Part shown: in pieces, positions 9,427 through 18,197 of the stretch
Layout: each line of letters begins with the position of its first letter
How positions within the stretch are numbered: position 1 is the first letter of the stretch
Virus record (IMG/VR): IMGVR_UViG_3300002026_000017
Coordinates: 19,645 to 83,644 of that record
Reading direction: 5' to 3' (one strand)
Source of the DNA: a virus
Lineage: Duplodnaviria; Caudoviricetes
DNA: 64,000 bases
The notes under the pieces: model-generated
What the model was told of the DNA's origin: nothing
The model's database searches: none
The model's input: only the letters and a program-made list of their open reading frames with translations
Made by a program: the position numbers and the translations under genes

Positions 9427-10191
9427 TTATATGTGGGTTTCCCATTTAATATTTTGTGTTGTTCCAAATCCTAAATTTCGAACATATTTTCTCCATTCAA
9501 TAATTAATTTATTTGCTCTAATTCCATCATAACTACGACTAGGAACAAATATAGCATTATGCCAATCAGTATATGGAAAAATAACTATTTGTTTTTGTCT
9601 TTGTGGAATATACATTCTAACACAAAAACCTGCACCATATTTCAATAATGGTTTAACAAGGAATTTATATTTAATTTGTACAGGTCCTTGACGTTTATAA
9701 AATATTTGATAACGATAAAGTTTTTTATACATTTCAAATATTGTACATAAAATTACAATACGTATTTTTGGTGGAACAAGATGTAAATTAAAACCTAAAT
9801 TTCTTGGTCCTTCTTTTGTAATTATTGGTCCTAAACTTAGTACTAAGGGATATTTATCAAACCAAGGTAATGATGGTTTATCCTTACCTTTTGGATTAAA
9901 ATATTGGAAAGTAAATAATTGACCTTGTCCAAGTAATACTTTTTTATATCGATATTTCTTTGGTTCCTTAAAAACTGTTTTATGTAACCAACTTAGTGCC
10001 TTAGATGCTGGAACACCAGATTTTAACCAAGGATTATTTTTGATTTTTGTTCTTAATGAATGTTTACCAACATTTAATTTAAAATCATCGATTTCTTTTG
10101 AAGGGTCTTTTCCTTCAGCATCTTCTAATGATTTTTTATATTTTTCTTTGTAAAAATCATCAACAGAAATAGCAGATTTTTTTGTTCTCAT
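9427..10191 (-). CDS. gp2: DNA end protector protein (T4 gp2-like)
   Basis: LFTFQYFNPKGK, WFDKYPLVL, LGFNLHLVPPKIR resemble gp2-family motifs. Confidence 0.8.
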   Translation of the reverse strand: MRTKKSAISVDDFYKEKYKKSLEDAEGKDPSKEIDDFKLNVGKHSLRTKIKNNPWLKSGVPASKALSWLHKTVFKEPKKYRYKKVLLGQGQLFTFQYFNPKGKDKPSLPWFDKYPLVLSLGPIITKEGPRNLGFNLHLVPPKIRIVILCTIFEMYKKLYRYQIFYKRQGPVQIKYKFLVKPLLKYGAGFCVRMYIPQRQKQIVIFPYTDWHNAIFVPSRSYDGIRANKLIIEWRKYVRNLGFGTTQNIKWETHI

Positions 10192-10195
10192 TTAT

Positions 10196-10963
10196 TTACC
10201 AAAATCCATTAGTATTTATATATTCTGTATGTTCTTTTTGAAATTTTAATTTAGTATATTTAAAATTAATCGTAACTAATTCCTTATATACTAAATCTCC
10301 TGAACCTCTACCTACATAACCTGGTGTTTCATTTGAAAATTTAGAAGAAAGTTTTTTAGTTGAAAATTCAATATCATTAAATCCACTATTTTCAATTAAC
10401 CATTTCCAAGCAAAACCATAACCAGATGTGAATTTTTCTAAATTTTTAATAAATTCAGCATCACCTTCATAATTAATATCTAATCTTTCAGATTCAAGAA
10501 ATTTCTTTTTGTAATCGGTTTTATATTCAGCATATACTTTATTTTCACCATATTTATTTTTTAAATAATTTAAAAATGATATATCTGAAACATCTGAATC
10601 ATAACCTAAAGAAGCTATTTTTTCTATTTTAATAGCTGCAACTTGTAAATTTAATTGTTCAAGATTTTTTGAAATTGCTTCAATAATAGTCTTTCTTACT
10701 TTTAAATCTTTATAACTTGAAATTAAAATTTCTTCAATTTCTTTTGTATAATCAAAATAACTTCTAAATCTACTATCTTCATTATATTGTTTATAAAGAA
10801 AATTCCCTAATAAATTTGAATTATTTTCTACTTTACAAAAATCAGCATAAGGATTTATTGCTTTAGGTGCTTTACCTTTAACACCTATATATGAAGTTCC
10901 ACAATCATGAAAATATTGTTTTAATTCTCCAAGCTCTTCTAATGTTAATGTTTTTAATTTCAT
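10196..10963 (-). CDS. Hypothetical protein
   Basis: 255-aa ORF, no recognisable family. Confidence 0.7.
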   Translation of the reverse strand: MKLKTLTLEELGELKQYFHDCGTSYIGVKGKAPKAINPYADFCKVENNSNLLGNFLYKQYNEDSRFRSYFDYTKEIEEILISSYKDLKVRKTIIEAISKNLEQLNLQVAAIKIEKIASLGYDSDVSDISFLNYLKNKYGENKVYAEYKTDYKKKFLESERLDINYEGDAEFIKNLEKFTSGYGFAWKWLIENSGFNDIEFSTKKLSSKFSNETPGYVGRGSGDLVYKELVTINFKYTKLKFQKEHTEYINTNGFW

Positions 10964-10975
10964 TTTTTTTTTTGA

Positions 10976-11920
10976 TTAACCAATTATATATTTTGTTGCA
11001 ATTGCATCACAAAATTCTTTATAAGTTTCAACACCTTCAACACCACAAACATCTATACCTCCCTCATATCCATTTATATAAATATCTGAACTATTTGAAG
11101 TAATATCTAATATTAATGTTTGGGGACTTTTACCTATTGATGTACCACCAACAAAATTTCTTCCACCTGTTAATTTATTATACCAACGAGCAACTTTTTT
11201 AGCATCATCTAAACAATGATAACCATTTCCTTTTAACCAATCCATTATATTTGAAGGTAATGAAACTTTCAATCCACCAAATTTAGATTTTGTTAATTTT
11301 TTACGTTTATCTTCAACAATTTCTTCAACAATTCCTAATAATTCTCTTGACCATTTTTCACATTCAGTTATTAACAATGGAAAAGTTTCTTCATTAATAT
11401 TTGAATCATTACCATTTTCATCATAAGAATGACTAAATTTTCCATTTAAAAAGAAAATTGAAAATTCATTATCGTTTGTTTCTGTTGTTAATACAAATTC
11501 TGTTGTTTTTTCAGATGGAGTTACTTCAATTAATGTAACAACCCAATCACCAATTAATTTAACATCATCATTATCATCAACATAAGGAATATCAAAAACA
11601 CCTAAAATAAAATCTTTTAATTCTTCTGTAGATAAACTTGAAGCTATTTTAGTTCTTATTGAATTTGGAGAATTCATATCTAAAGTACTCATTAGATAAG
11701 CAATAGCTTCTTTTTCATCATTAGTATATCCTGTAAAATACATTCTAAATGATGGATAATCTTTAAATGTATTTGCAACTAATGAAATTAAATTCATTGA
11801 TTTAACAGCTGTTATTGATTTGCCATTAACAATCATATTAAATTCTTTAGAAAATTGTCTTTCTAAAAATGAACGAATTTCTTTAGATTTTGTAAAATTT
11901 GTTAATTTAATTCCTTCCAT
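10976..11920 (-). CDS. Hypothetical multi-domain protein
   Basis: 314-aa ORF; C-terminal GGTSIGKSPQTLILDIT segment, no assigned function. Confidence 0.7.
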   Translation of the reverse strand: MEGIKLTNFTKSKEIRSFLERQFSKEFNMIVNGKSITAVKSMNLISLVANTFKDYPSFRMYFTGYTNDEKEAIAYLMSTLDMNSPNSIRTKIASSLSTEELKDFILGVFDIPYVDDNDDVKLIGDWVVTLIEVTPSEKTTEFVLTTETNDNEFSIFFLNGKFSHSYDENGNDSNINEETFPLLITECEKWSRELLGIVEEIVEDKRKKLTKSKFGGLKVSLPSNIMDWLKGNGYHCLDDAKKVARWYNKLTGGRNFVGGTSIGKSPQTLILDITSNSSDIYINGYEGGIDVCGVEGVETYKEFCDAIATKYIIG

Positions 11921-11948
11921 GATTTTTTAATTTATAATTTTTAATTTT

Positions 11949-12464
11949 TTAAACACAAATAACATCAACAATAGAATTTATTGATTCATTATCTGTTATT
12001 AAATGTGGTCCTTGTTCAGAAAATCCTAAAATAGTATCATTTAATTCAAAATAATACATTTTGTCTGAATCTCCATTAGATAAATTTTTATTTATTATTT
12101 CAAATACATTATCATTATAATCTATGTATATACAATTTTCTAAAATATCTGGATTTATTGTATATTTTATCAATAAATTTATTAATGAAAATTTATTTGT
12201 ATAAGTTTTGTCATCAATTACAATTATTAATTTATATGTATTGAATTCAGCAAATTTACTTAATAATTCTTTATATGTAAGAACTTTCGAATCCACATAC
12301 AAACCATCAACTAATCTTGTTGTTAATGTAAATTTTTCAATTTCAATATTTGATAAATCTTGGAAAACAATATCACAATTTATTTGACACTTTAAAAAAG
12401 CAACCAATTTTTTATATTCAATATTTTGGAGTATAATACCACCATCTTTTTTAATTAATTCCAT
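11949..12464 (-). CDS. Hypothetical protein
   Basis: 171-aa ORF directly downstream of gp4-like gene. Confidence 0.65.
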   Translation of the reverse strand: MELIKKDGGIILQNIEYKKLVAFLKCQINCDIVFQDLSNIEIEKFTLTTRLVDGLYVDSKVLTYKELLSKFAEFNTYKLIIVIDDKTYTNKFSLINLLIKYTINPDILENCIYIDYNDNVFEIINKNLSNGDSDKMYYFELNDTILGFSEQGPHLITDNESINSIVDVICV

Positions 12465-12465
12465 A

Positions 12466-12936
12466 TTAAAATATTTTTGTTTTTAAATGAGTTTCATTAA
12501 TAACTCTAAATATATAACCATTTTGTTTTGACCATTCTAATGCAGCTTTCCATTTACGAGCATTTTTATAATGAACTGGGTCTCTTTGAATATCCTTATC
12601 TGTTTTAGGACTTTGGCTTAATGGTTTAACTTCAACCAATATTTTTTGTCCATTTTTTAATTCAACAAGAAAATCCGGATAATAATTATGTCGAACATCT
12701 ACAAATTTACCATTTTTCAATTCCCTCATTATATAGGGAATTTTAACTCCTTCTGATGACCATTTTAAAACTTCTGAATTAAATTCACATAATCGCATAA
12801 ATCTTAATTCCCAACCAGACCTATATATTATTGGTCTTTCACCAACATATTTTGCTGGATTATATGAATCAAATGTACCTTTTTTAATTCCCTTTCCTTT
12901 ATTGGTTTTTGGAACAAATGATTTAATATTACCCAT
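12466..12936 (-). CDS. gp4: Head completion nuclease (T4 gp4-like, TnsA-N PD-(D/E)xK fold)
   Basis: IIYRSGWELRFMRLCE, WSSEGVKIPY, YYPDFLV, LVEVKP, KNARKWKAA. Confidence 0.9.
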   Translation of the reverse strand: MGNIKSFVPKTNKGKGIKKGTFDSYNPAKYVGERPIIYRSGWELRFMRLCEFNSEVLKWSSEGVKIPYIMRELKNGKFVDVRHNYYPDFLVELKNGQKILVEVKPLSQSPKTDKDIQRDPVHYKNARKWKAALEWSKQNGYIFRVINETHLKTKIF

Positions 12937-13602
12937 TTATTTTAAATAAATTCCCGTATATTTACCAAAATTTTCTTTTGTTATCAAAAATTTTGACAAT
13001 AATTTATTTGAAGAACCATTCTTTAAATAATATATATTAGTAGTATTTTTTGTTAAATTTATTACTATTTTGAAATAATAATTGGGAATTGTTATAATAC
13101 CAAGTTTTCGTAAATTAGTTTCTTGATATAAATCACAACCAGTAATTATAAATAAATCATCAGTTTTTGCAATATCTCTAATTGATTTTTCCAATCTTTT
13201 CCAAACACCCCTATTAAATTCTATTTTTTGTGGTGTTGCATTTGTTATTAAATATGATGAATGAAATGATATGAAATTAAATGAAGCATCTTCAGCATTA
13301 TATAAATGCCCCCTATCTATACCACTATTTTTATAAAATTTACATAATGAATGCGTTAATCTTTTATCTTCAAAAAAAGTTCCAACCCCATTATTTTTAT
13401 TAAATTGTTTTGTTTTATTTGGACCTAAATCATAATAAACAAATAATGATAAATTATCATTTTCCGAATAATAATTTGTATACCATAATTGTTCTAATTT
13501 ACGATATTTTAATTCACTAGATATTGAATCAACATATTTATCTATTTGTCCATATCCAAAATATCCAAATAAAATAAAAATACTAATAAATAATTTTTTC
13601 AT
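12937..13602 (-). CDS. DNA/RNA non-specific endonuclease (NucA/Endonuclease_NS, His-Me finger) with signal peptide
   Basis: DRGHL active-site motif, ITNATPQKIEFNRGVWKRLE, IPNYYFKIV; N-terminus MKKLFISIFILFGYFGYG-Q. Confidence 0.88.
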   Translation of the reverse strand: MKKLFISIFILFGYFGYGQIDKYVDSISSELKYRKLEQLWYTNYYSENDNLSLFVYYDLGPNKTKQFNKNNGVGTFFEDKRLTHSLCKFYKNSGIDRGHLYNAEDASFNFISFHSSYLITNATPQKIEFNRGVWKRLEKSIRDIAKTDDLFIITGCDLYQETNLRKLGIITIPNYYFKIVINLTKNTTNIYYLKNGSSNKLLSKFLITKENFGKYTGIYLK

Positions 13603-13616
13603 AGTTTCTAATTTAA

Positions 13617-14762
13617 TTAAACCATATTATCAACTTTGATTATAATGGTATTTGTTTGTCTTTCATCAAAAACATTATTTTCGACACCACTAATATTTTT
13701 TCCTGAATTATAAATATTTTCGGAATTAACAAATAATTCTAAACCATAAGGTAATAATATTGATGTATTTTCAATAAATTCTGTATCAATACCAAATAAT
13801 GTTCCAAATTCAAAAATAACAAATGTTTTATTTTTTTCAACACTTAAATTATTTGATAAATTTAATTCATCTTTATTAATTAAATTATATTTACAAGAAT
13901 TTTCAATTGAATCTGATATTGTTAAATACATTGGTAATTTAGCGTTATCTTCTAAAAATAATTTAATCCAGTTTTTAGCTGATTCTTTTGTTTCAAATGA
14001 TAATACACTATATCCTTGTTTAATTGTATTGAAAGGTAAGTTTTGTAATTGTTTCGTAATATCAATTATATATTTATAATCAATTACAGAAATATTGTTT
14101 AAAAGTAATTTTTTGTTTATTGAATTTATTTTATTAATAAAGAAATCCGATATTGTTAATCTTTCAGAATCAACTATATTAGTTATATTCTTTAATTTAT
14201 GTAAAATTAAAGAATCAGCTATTGAATCTGAATTATTAAATGTTTCTGTTAATATTGGATTAATATTTTGGGGATTATTATTAAAATCTGTTATGTTATG
14301 TTTACAAAATGGTGAACGTAATTTTGTTTGCCATGTATTAAAATCCCAAATATCTTTATTTAAAAAATCATTACCAAATTGTCTACATGTAATATCAATA
14401 ACTATATTGAAATTAGAATCCTCTAGTAAAATAGCAGTGTGCCATTTGTTTTGTGAACCATTATAACAAAAACCATAATATTGTTCCTTAATATCAATTG
14501 ATATTAATTTAGCTCTAGCATTTCTTGATTGTAAATTTAATTGAAAAACTTCATCATATAATAAAGCTTCTGATGCACTAACACACCACCCTGTTGTACC
14601 TGTAGCACTTCCAAATCCTTCAGGAGTATCTTCAAAATTTGAATATCCTTTTGAACCTTTCCAACCTAAACCACTACCAGATATTACATCACTCCGTTTT
14701 TTGAAATTATCAATAACTTTTTGCCAAGATTCAACTATTGTAAGTAAATTATTTTGTTCCAT
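13617..14762 (-). CDS. Putative transglutaminase/papain-fold Cys-His-Asp enzyme with an extra C-terminal domain
   Basis: GWCVSASEAL ... KWHTAILL ... IVIDITCRQF spacing typical of a Cys-His-Asp triad. Confidence 0.5.
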   Translation of the reverse strand: MEQNNLLTIVESWQKVIDNFKKRSDVISGSGLGWKGSKGYSNFEDTPEGFGSATGTTGWCVSASEALLYDEVFQLNLQSRNARAKLISIDIKEQYYGFCYNGSQNKWHTAILLEDSNFNIVIDITCRQFGNDFLNKDIWDFNTWQTKLRSPFCKHNITDFNNNPQNINPILTETFNNSDSIADSLILHKLKNITNIVDSERLTISDFFINKINSINKKLLLNNISVIDYKYIIDITKQLQNLPFNTIKQGYSVLSFETKESAKNWIKLFLEDNAKLPMYLTISDSIENSCKYNLINKDELNLSNNLSVEKNKTFVIFEFGTLFGIDTEFIENTSILLPYGLELFVNSENIYNSGKNISGVENNVFDERQTNTIIIKVDNMV

Positions 14763-14768
14763 TTTATT

Positions 14769-15971
14769 TTATATTAGGTCTAATTTTTGTATTATAGTGG
14801 GATTTGTATTATTTTTTGATTTTGCAAAAAATTCATATTCATAACCAATAACAATTTTTTTGCCTGAATTTTCTTCATCTAATTTATTATTAACTTCTTT
14901 AGAATCTTTTGGTAAATAAACTTCTAAATTAACAATACTAAATGGTGTTATTTCGTAAATTAAATTTTTCATTGTAAGAGATATTGTTTTACCGCCAATA
15001 TCTTTATTTATTCTATCATTATAATAGGGAAAATATGAATTTAAAAATCGAGAAAATGTATTTTCAGTTTGATTACCAATACCAATATCTTTACTTACTA
15101 AAATTTTATTATTGGTATCAGTTTTAACATCATATTTATTATTGTTATATACATGAGTTTTTCCTATATTAGATGTTATTGTATAACCACTAGCTAAAAA
15201 TTTGGTATTTTTTTTATCTGAATCATTTTCATTAAAACCTGTATTATCATATACATTTGTTGTTATAATAATATCTTTTTCAGCATCATTAACTTTACCT
15301 TCAAATATTTTAAATTTATCTACTGGTTGTTTTCTTAATGTTTCTATATCGGAAACATGAAAATATCCAAATGTATCTAAACACCATATATTATTTGTAT
15401 ATTTTTCTACGGTTTCAATAAAAAAATCTAAATGTTTTTTATTTGTATTCAAACAATTTTTTAAAGTATTTGTTAATGAATTGTTTGAATATGTAAACAA
15501 TCCCATTTTTGTTATAGAACAAATATCTTTAAATATATCTGAAACATTTTTATCATTATATGATTTTTGTATTGAATCATATAATTTATCATTAAAAAAT
15601 TCACCGATAATATATATGTTTTTATCACCTGTATCACTTGGAATATTTAAAATAATACCATTAAATTTTAAATACCAATCCTTATAACCAATAAAAATTA
15701 TTATTTTATCAATAATTTCTTTTTTAAGTGTTTTCCTAATTTTATATGTTGAATCTTCAACAATTAATGAAAATTTTGGTATCGAATTATAATAAATTTT
15801 TAAATTAAATTCCTGTATTTCACCAGCCCCTAAAACATAATCATTAATTTTAATAACCGGCATTGTAGGTCCCCAAGCATCTAAAATTTGTTCAGCAGCT
15901 TTTTCATCATTATCATTAACTTCTAATTTAATATCTTCAACAAATAAATTTGGTTCTATTATTATTCCCAT
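14769..15971 (-). CDS. Baseplate hub protein (gp27/late-control-D-like)
   Basis: 400 aa; GEFF...QKSYNDKNVSDIFKDICS pattern; adjacent to LysM/gp53-like and tube-fold genes. Confidence 0.6.
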   Translation of the reverse strand: MGIIIEPNLFVEDIKLEVNDNDEKAAEQILDAWGPTMPVIKINDYVLGAGEIQEFNLKIYYNSIPKFSLIVEDSTYKIRKTLKKEIIDKIIIFIGYKDWYLKFNGIILNIPSDTGDKNIYIIGEFFNDKLYDSIQKSYNDKNVSDIFKDICSITKMGLFTYSNNSLTNTLKNCLNTNKKHLDFFIETVEKYTNNIWCLDTFGYFHVSDIETLRKQPVDKFKIFEGKVNDAEKDIIITTNVYDNTGFNENDSDKKNTKFLASGYTITSNIGKTHVYNNNKYDVKTDTNNKILVSKDIGIGNQTENTFSRFLNSYFPYYNDRINKDIGGKTISLTMKNLIYEITPFSIVNLEVYLPKDSKEVNNKLDEENSGKKIVIGYEYEFFAKSKNNTNPTIIQKLDLI

Positions 15972-15977
15972 TTTTGT

Positions 15978-16406
15978 TTAAAAAGAAATTATACCACTAT
16001 TATTATCATATTCAACTTTTTTCATTGTTATATTTAATTTAGGTAATGCCGTAGTTTGGATATTTTTTAATATTTGATTTTTCTGAAGATTAAATTGACT
16101 TACACCATTAATATTTTCATTTGTATCATCAACAACATATATATTATTTATTAATTCATTTAGATTTGGTAATTTAAAAATTGTTCCAAACGAAATATTA
16201 GTTATATCAGCTATGTTATTAAATATTAATATTAACGGTAAATACATCATATCACCATAATATTGTAATATTATTTTATCAATTTTATTAAATGTTTCAT
16301 TATTTATTTTTATAACCCCAATTAAATTTATATTATCAATATCATCAATATAATATTTATCCACATTTACATAGAAATCATAATCAGGAGCTTTATTTAA
16401 TTCCAT
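15978..16406 (-). CDS. Baseplate wedge/LysM-like protein (gp53/tail X-like)
   Basis: KIDKIILQYYGDMMYLPLILIFNNIADITNISFGTIFKLP is the typical LysM-like baseplate motif. Confidence 0.7.
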   Translation of the reverse strand: MELNKAPDYDFYVNVDKYYIDDIDNINLIGVIKINNETFNKIDKIILQYYGDMMYLPLILIFNNIADITNISFGTIFKLPNLNELINNIYVVDDTNENINGVSQFNLQKNQILKNIQTTALPKLNITMKKVEYDNNSGIISF

Positions 16407-16408
16407 AT

Positions 16409-17053
16409 TTATCTATCTTTTATTGTTGATATTTTGAAATCTTTTTTATTAAATTCAGGAATCATAAAGTTGCTTGTCATTCCATTAAAAGCAAATCCAG
16501 CATCAATTGTTTTAGCTTCTCTAAATTGTTGATTAAATGCAAATTCTAATCCGGGAATACTACTAATAAAACAATCAAAAAATACAAAATTCATTAATGG
16601 AATATTTGCAGCATTATGTAATGTTATTACTATACTAAAATCCGATATATCTCTTTTTCTTTTGAAAAAATTATGGAATATTTCATAAATAAACATATAA
16701 TTTAATAATGTATTTCTGAAAGTAATATTTATTACTGATTCAGTAATAACATCTTGTAATGCTGTTGTTCCTGGATATTGTCTATTTATTGTTGTTGCTT
16801 GAAAATTTGCTGGTGATGAACCAATAGGTCCAAATTCAACATTTTTCATATTTGGAATACCTGTAACATTTAATAATTGTAACTGTAAACCTGGTATCGA
16901 TAATGATTGAATTGATTCTTGTAGAGAATCCTTAATATTTTTGATAGGTCCATTAATATGAAATAAATAATCATCATATTTTTTAGCTATTTCATTATCA
17001 AAAATATTATTTGAAAATTCTATTGTAAATTTATCAACACTAGGATTTAACAT
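16409..17053 (-). CDS. Tail tube-fold protein (tube initiator/terminator, gp54/gp3-like)
   Basis: QSLSIPGL, INITFRN, FVFFDCFISSIPGLEF, DAGFAFN beta pattern of tube-fold proteins. Confidence 0.6.
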   Translation of the reverse strand: MLNPSVDKFTIEFSNNIFDNEIAKKYDDYLFHINGPIKNIKDSLQESIQSLSIPGLQLQLLNVTGIPNMKNVEFGPIGSSPANFQATTINRQYPGTTALQDVITESVINITFRNTLLNYMFIYEIFHNFFKRKRDISDFSIVITLHNAANIPLMNFVFFDCFISSIPGLEFAFNQQFREAKTIDAGFAFNGMTSNFMIPEFNKKDFKISTIKDR

Positions 17054-17071
17054 ATGTTTTTATTTGAAACG

Positions 17072-17103
17072 AATTTAAGCGAAACTTTCGTTTCGCTTAA
17101 ATT
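17072..17103 (-). terminator. 14-bp hairpin with GAAA loop (minus strand) after the endonuclease gene
   Basis: AATTTAAGCGAAAC-GAAA-GTTTCGCTTAAATT; no clear U-tract on the minus strand. Confidence 0.5.
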
Positions 17104-17107
17104 TTGA

Positions 17108-17842
17108 TTATTTAATTATATTTTCAATATCATAATTTAATATGGAAAAATAAACTTTATCAGAAATTCCATTTTTCCATTTATTTGCAACATTTATGAT
17201 ATGTTTTTTCTTTTCTGTTATATAAACTTTTGAAGCTTCATCAATTGTTTGATAAGTTCCAAAAGTTATTAATTTATCAAAAATATTTATACTCACCTGA
17301 TAATTATTTCCATGTTTTGATACTCCTGTAGGTAAATTACCTGATATTTTAACTGTAAATAAACCACTTATTTCTTGAGGAATAAAACAACAAGTATCTG
17401 GACCATAAATTTTATTATCTTTCGTATTTGAAATAATATCTTTATCTAAAACAAATCCATCAATATAATTTTTCTTACACCATTCAGCAAAAGTTTGAAA
17501 ATTATACCATCTTTCATCAACTGTACAACCAATATAAGTTATATTTTTATCATGATATTTTTTATCATAACATCTTCTTAACATTTGTTGCCACAAATCA
17601 TAAAATTTTAATGAATTAATTTTATTATAATTTCCAATACCTAAATAACCAATATTGAAAACACTTGGTTTATTTGGATTTTTTAATAACCCCGATTTAA
17701 TATTAATATATTGATTATTATAAGTAATTGTATTATCATCAATAAATTTAATTGTTATATTTTTTGAATTAATATATTCGATAATTTCAACTTTACCATT
17801 ATATTTAGTATTATGTATTTCTCCAATTCTTTTATATATCAT
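17108..17842 (-). CDS. Freestanding HNH/AP2-type homing endonuclease-like protein (start probably 17842)
   Basis: WQQMLRRCYD...YIGCTVDERWYNFQTFAEW...LDKDII...YGPDTCCFIP plus AP2-like C-terminus (LPTGVS...GTYQTIDEA). Confidence 0.75.
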   Translation of the reverse strand: MIYKRIGEIHNTKYNGKVEIIEYINSKNITIKFIDDNTITYNNQYINIKSGLLKNPNKPSVFNIGYLGIGNYNKINSLKFYDLWQQMLRRCYDKKYHDKNITYIGCTVDERWYNFQTFAEWCKKNYIDGFVLDKDIISNTKDNKIYGPDTCCFIPQEISGLFTVKISGNLPTGVSKHGNNYQVSINIFDKLITFGTYQTIDEASKVYITEKKKHIINVANKWKNGISDKVYFSILNYDIENIIK

Positions 17843-17843
17843 A

Positions 17844-18194
17844 TTAATTATTTTGATTATTTGAAAAAACAGAATCCAAAGAAACATACAATTCCTTTTT
17901 ATGATACAATTTATTGTGATGCGAAATCAAATCATTTTTTATCATTTGAGTGAAAAAAGCAAAAATATTTGTTGATTTTGTTTCATCGTATTTTTCCCAT
18001 TTTTTCCAAGCTTCTGTTAAAGCATAATTTACACAAGCATCATTATCAAGTTTATTTTTTGAACCAAAAGTACCAACATAATTTTTTGCTATTTTTTCAA
18101 ACATCAACAATAATTTATCTGAACATTTACCATTTTTTTTAGATTTATTATATTCATCTTGAAAATCTTTTGCTTTCAAATAAATGACACCCAT
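17844..18194 (-). CDS. gp55: Late-transcription sigma factor (T4 gp55-like)
   Basis: LLLMFEKIAKNY...WEKYDETKSTNIFAFFTQMIKN matches the gp55 core as recalled (FDPEKSxNPFAYFTQI); C-terminal SLDSVF. Confidence 0.82.
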   Translation of the reverse strand: MGVIYLKAKDFQDEYNKSKKNGKCSDKLLLMFEKIAKNYVGTFGSKNKLDNDACVNYALTEAWKKWEKYDETKSTNIFAFFTQMIKNDLISHHNKLYHKKELYVSLDSVFSNNQNN

Positions 18195-18197
18195 ATA

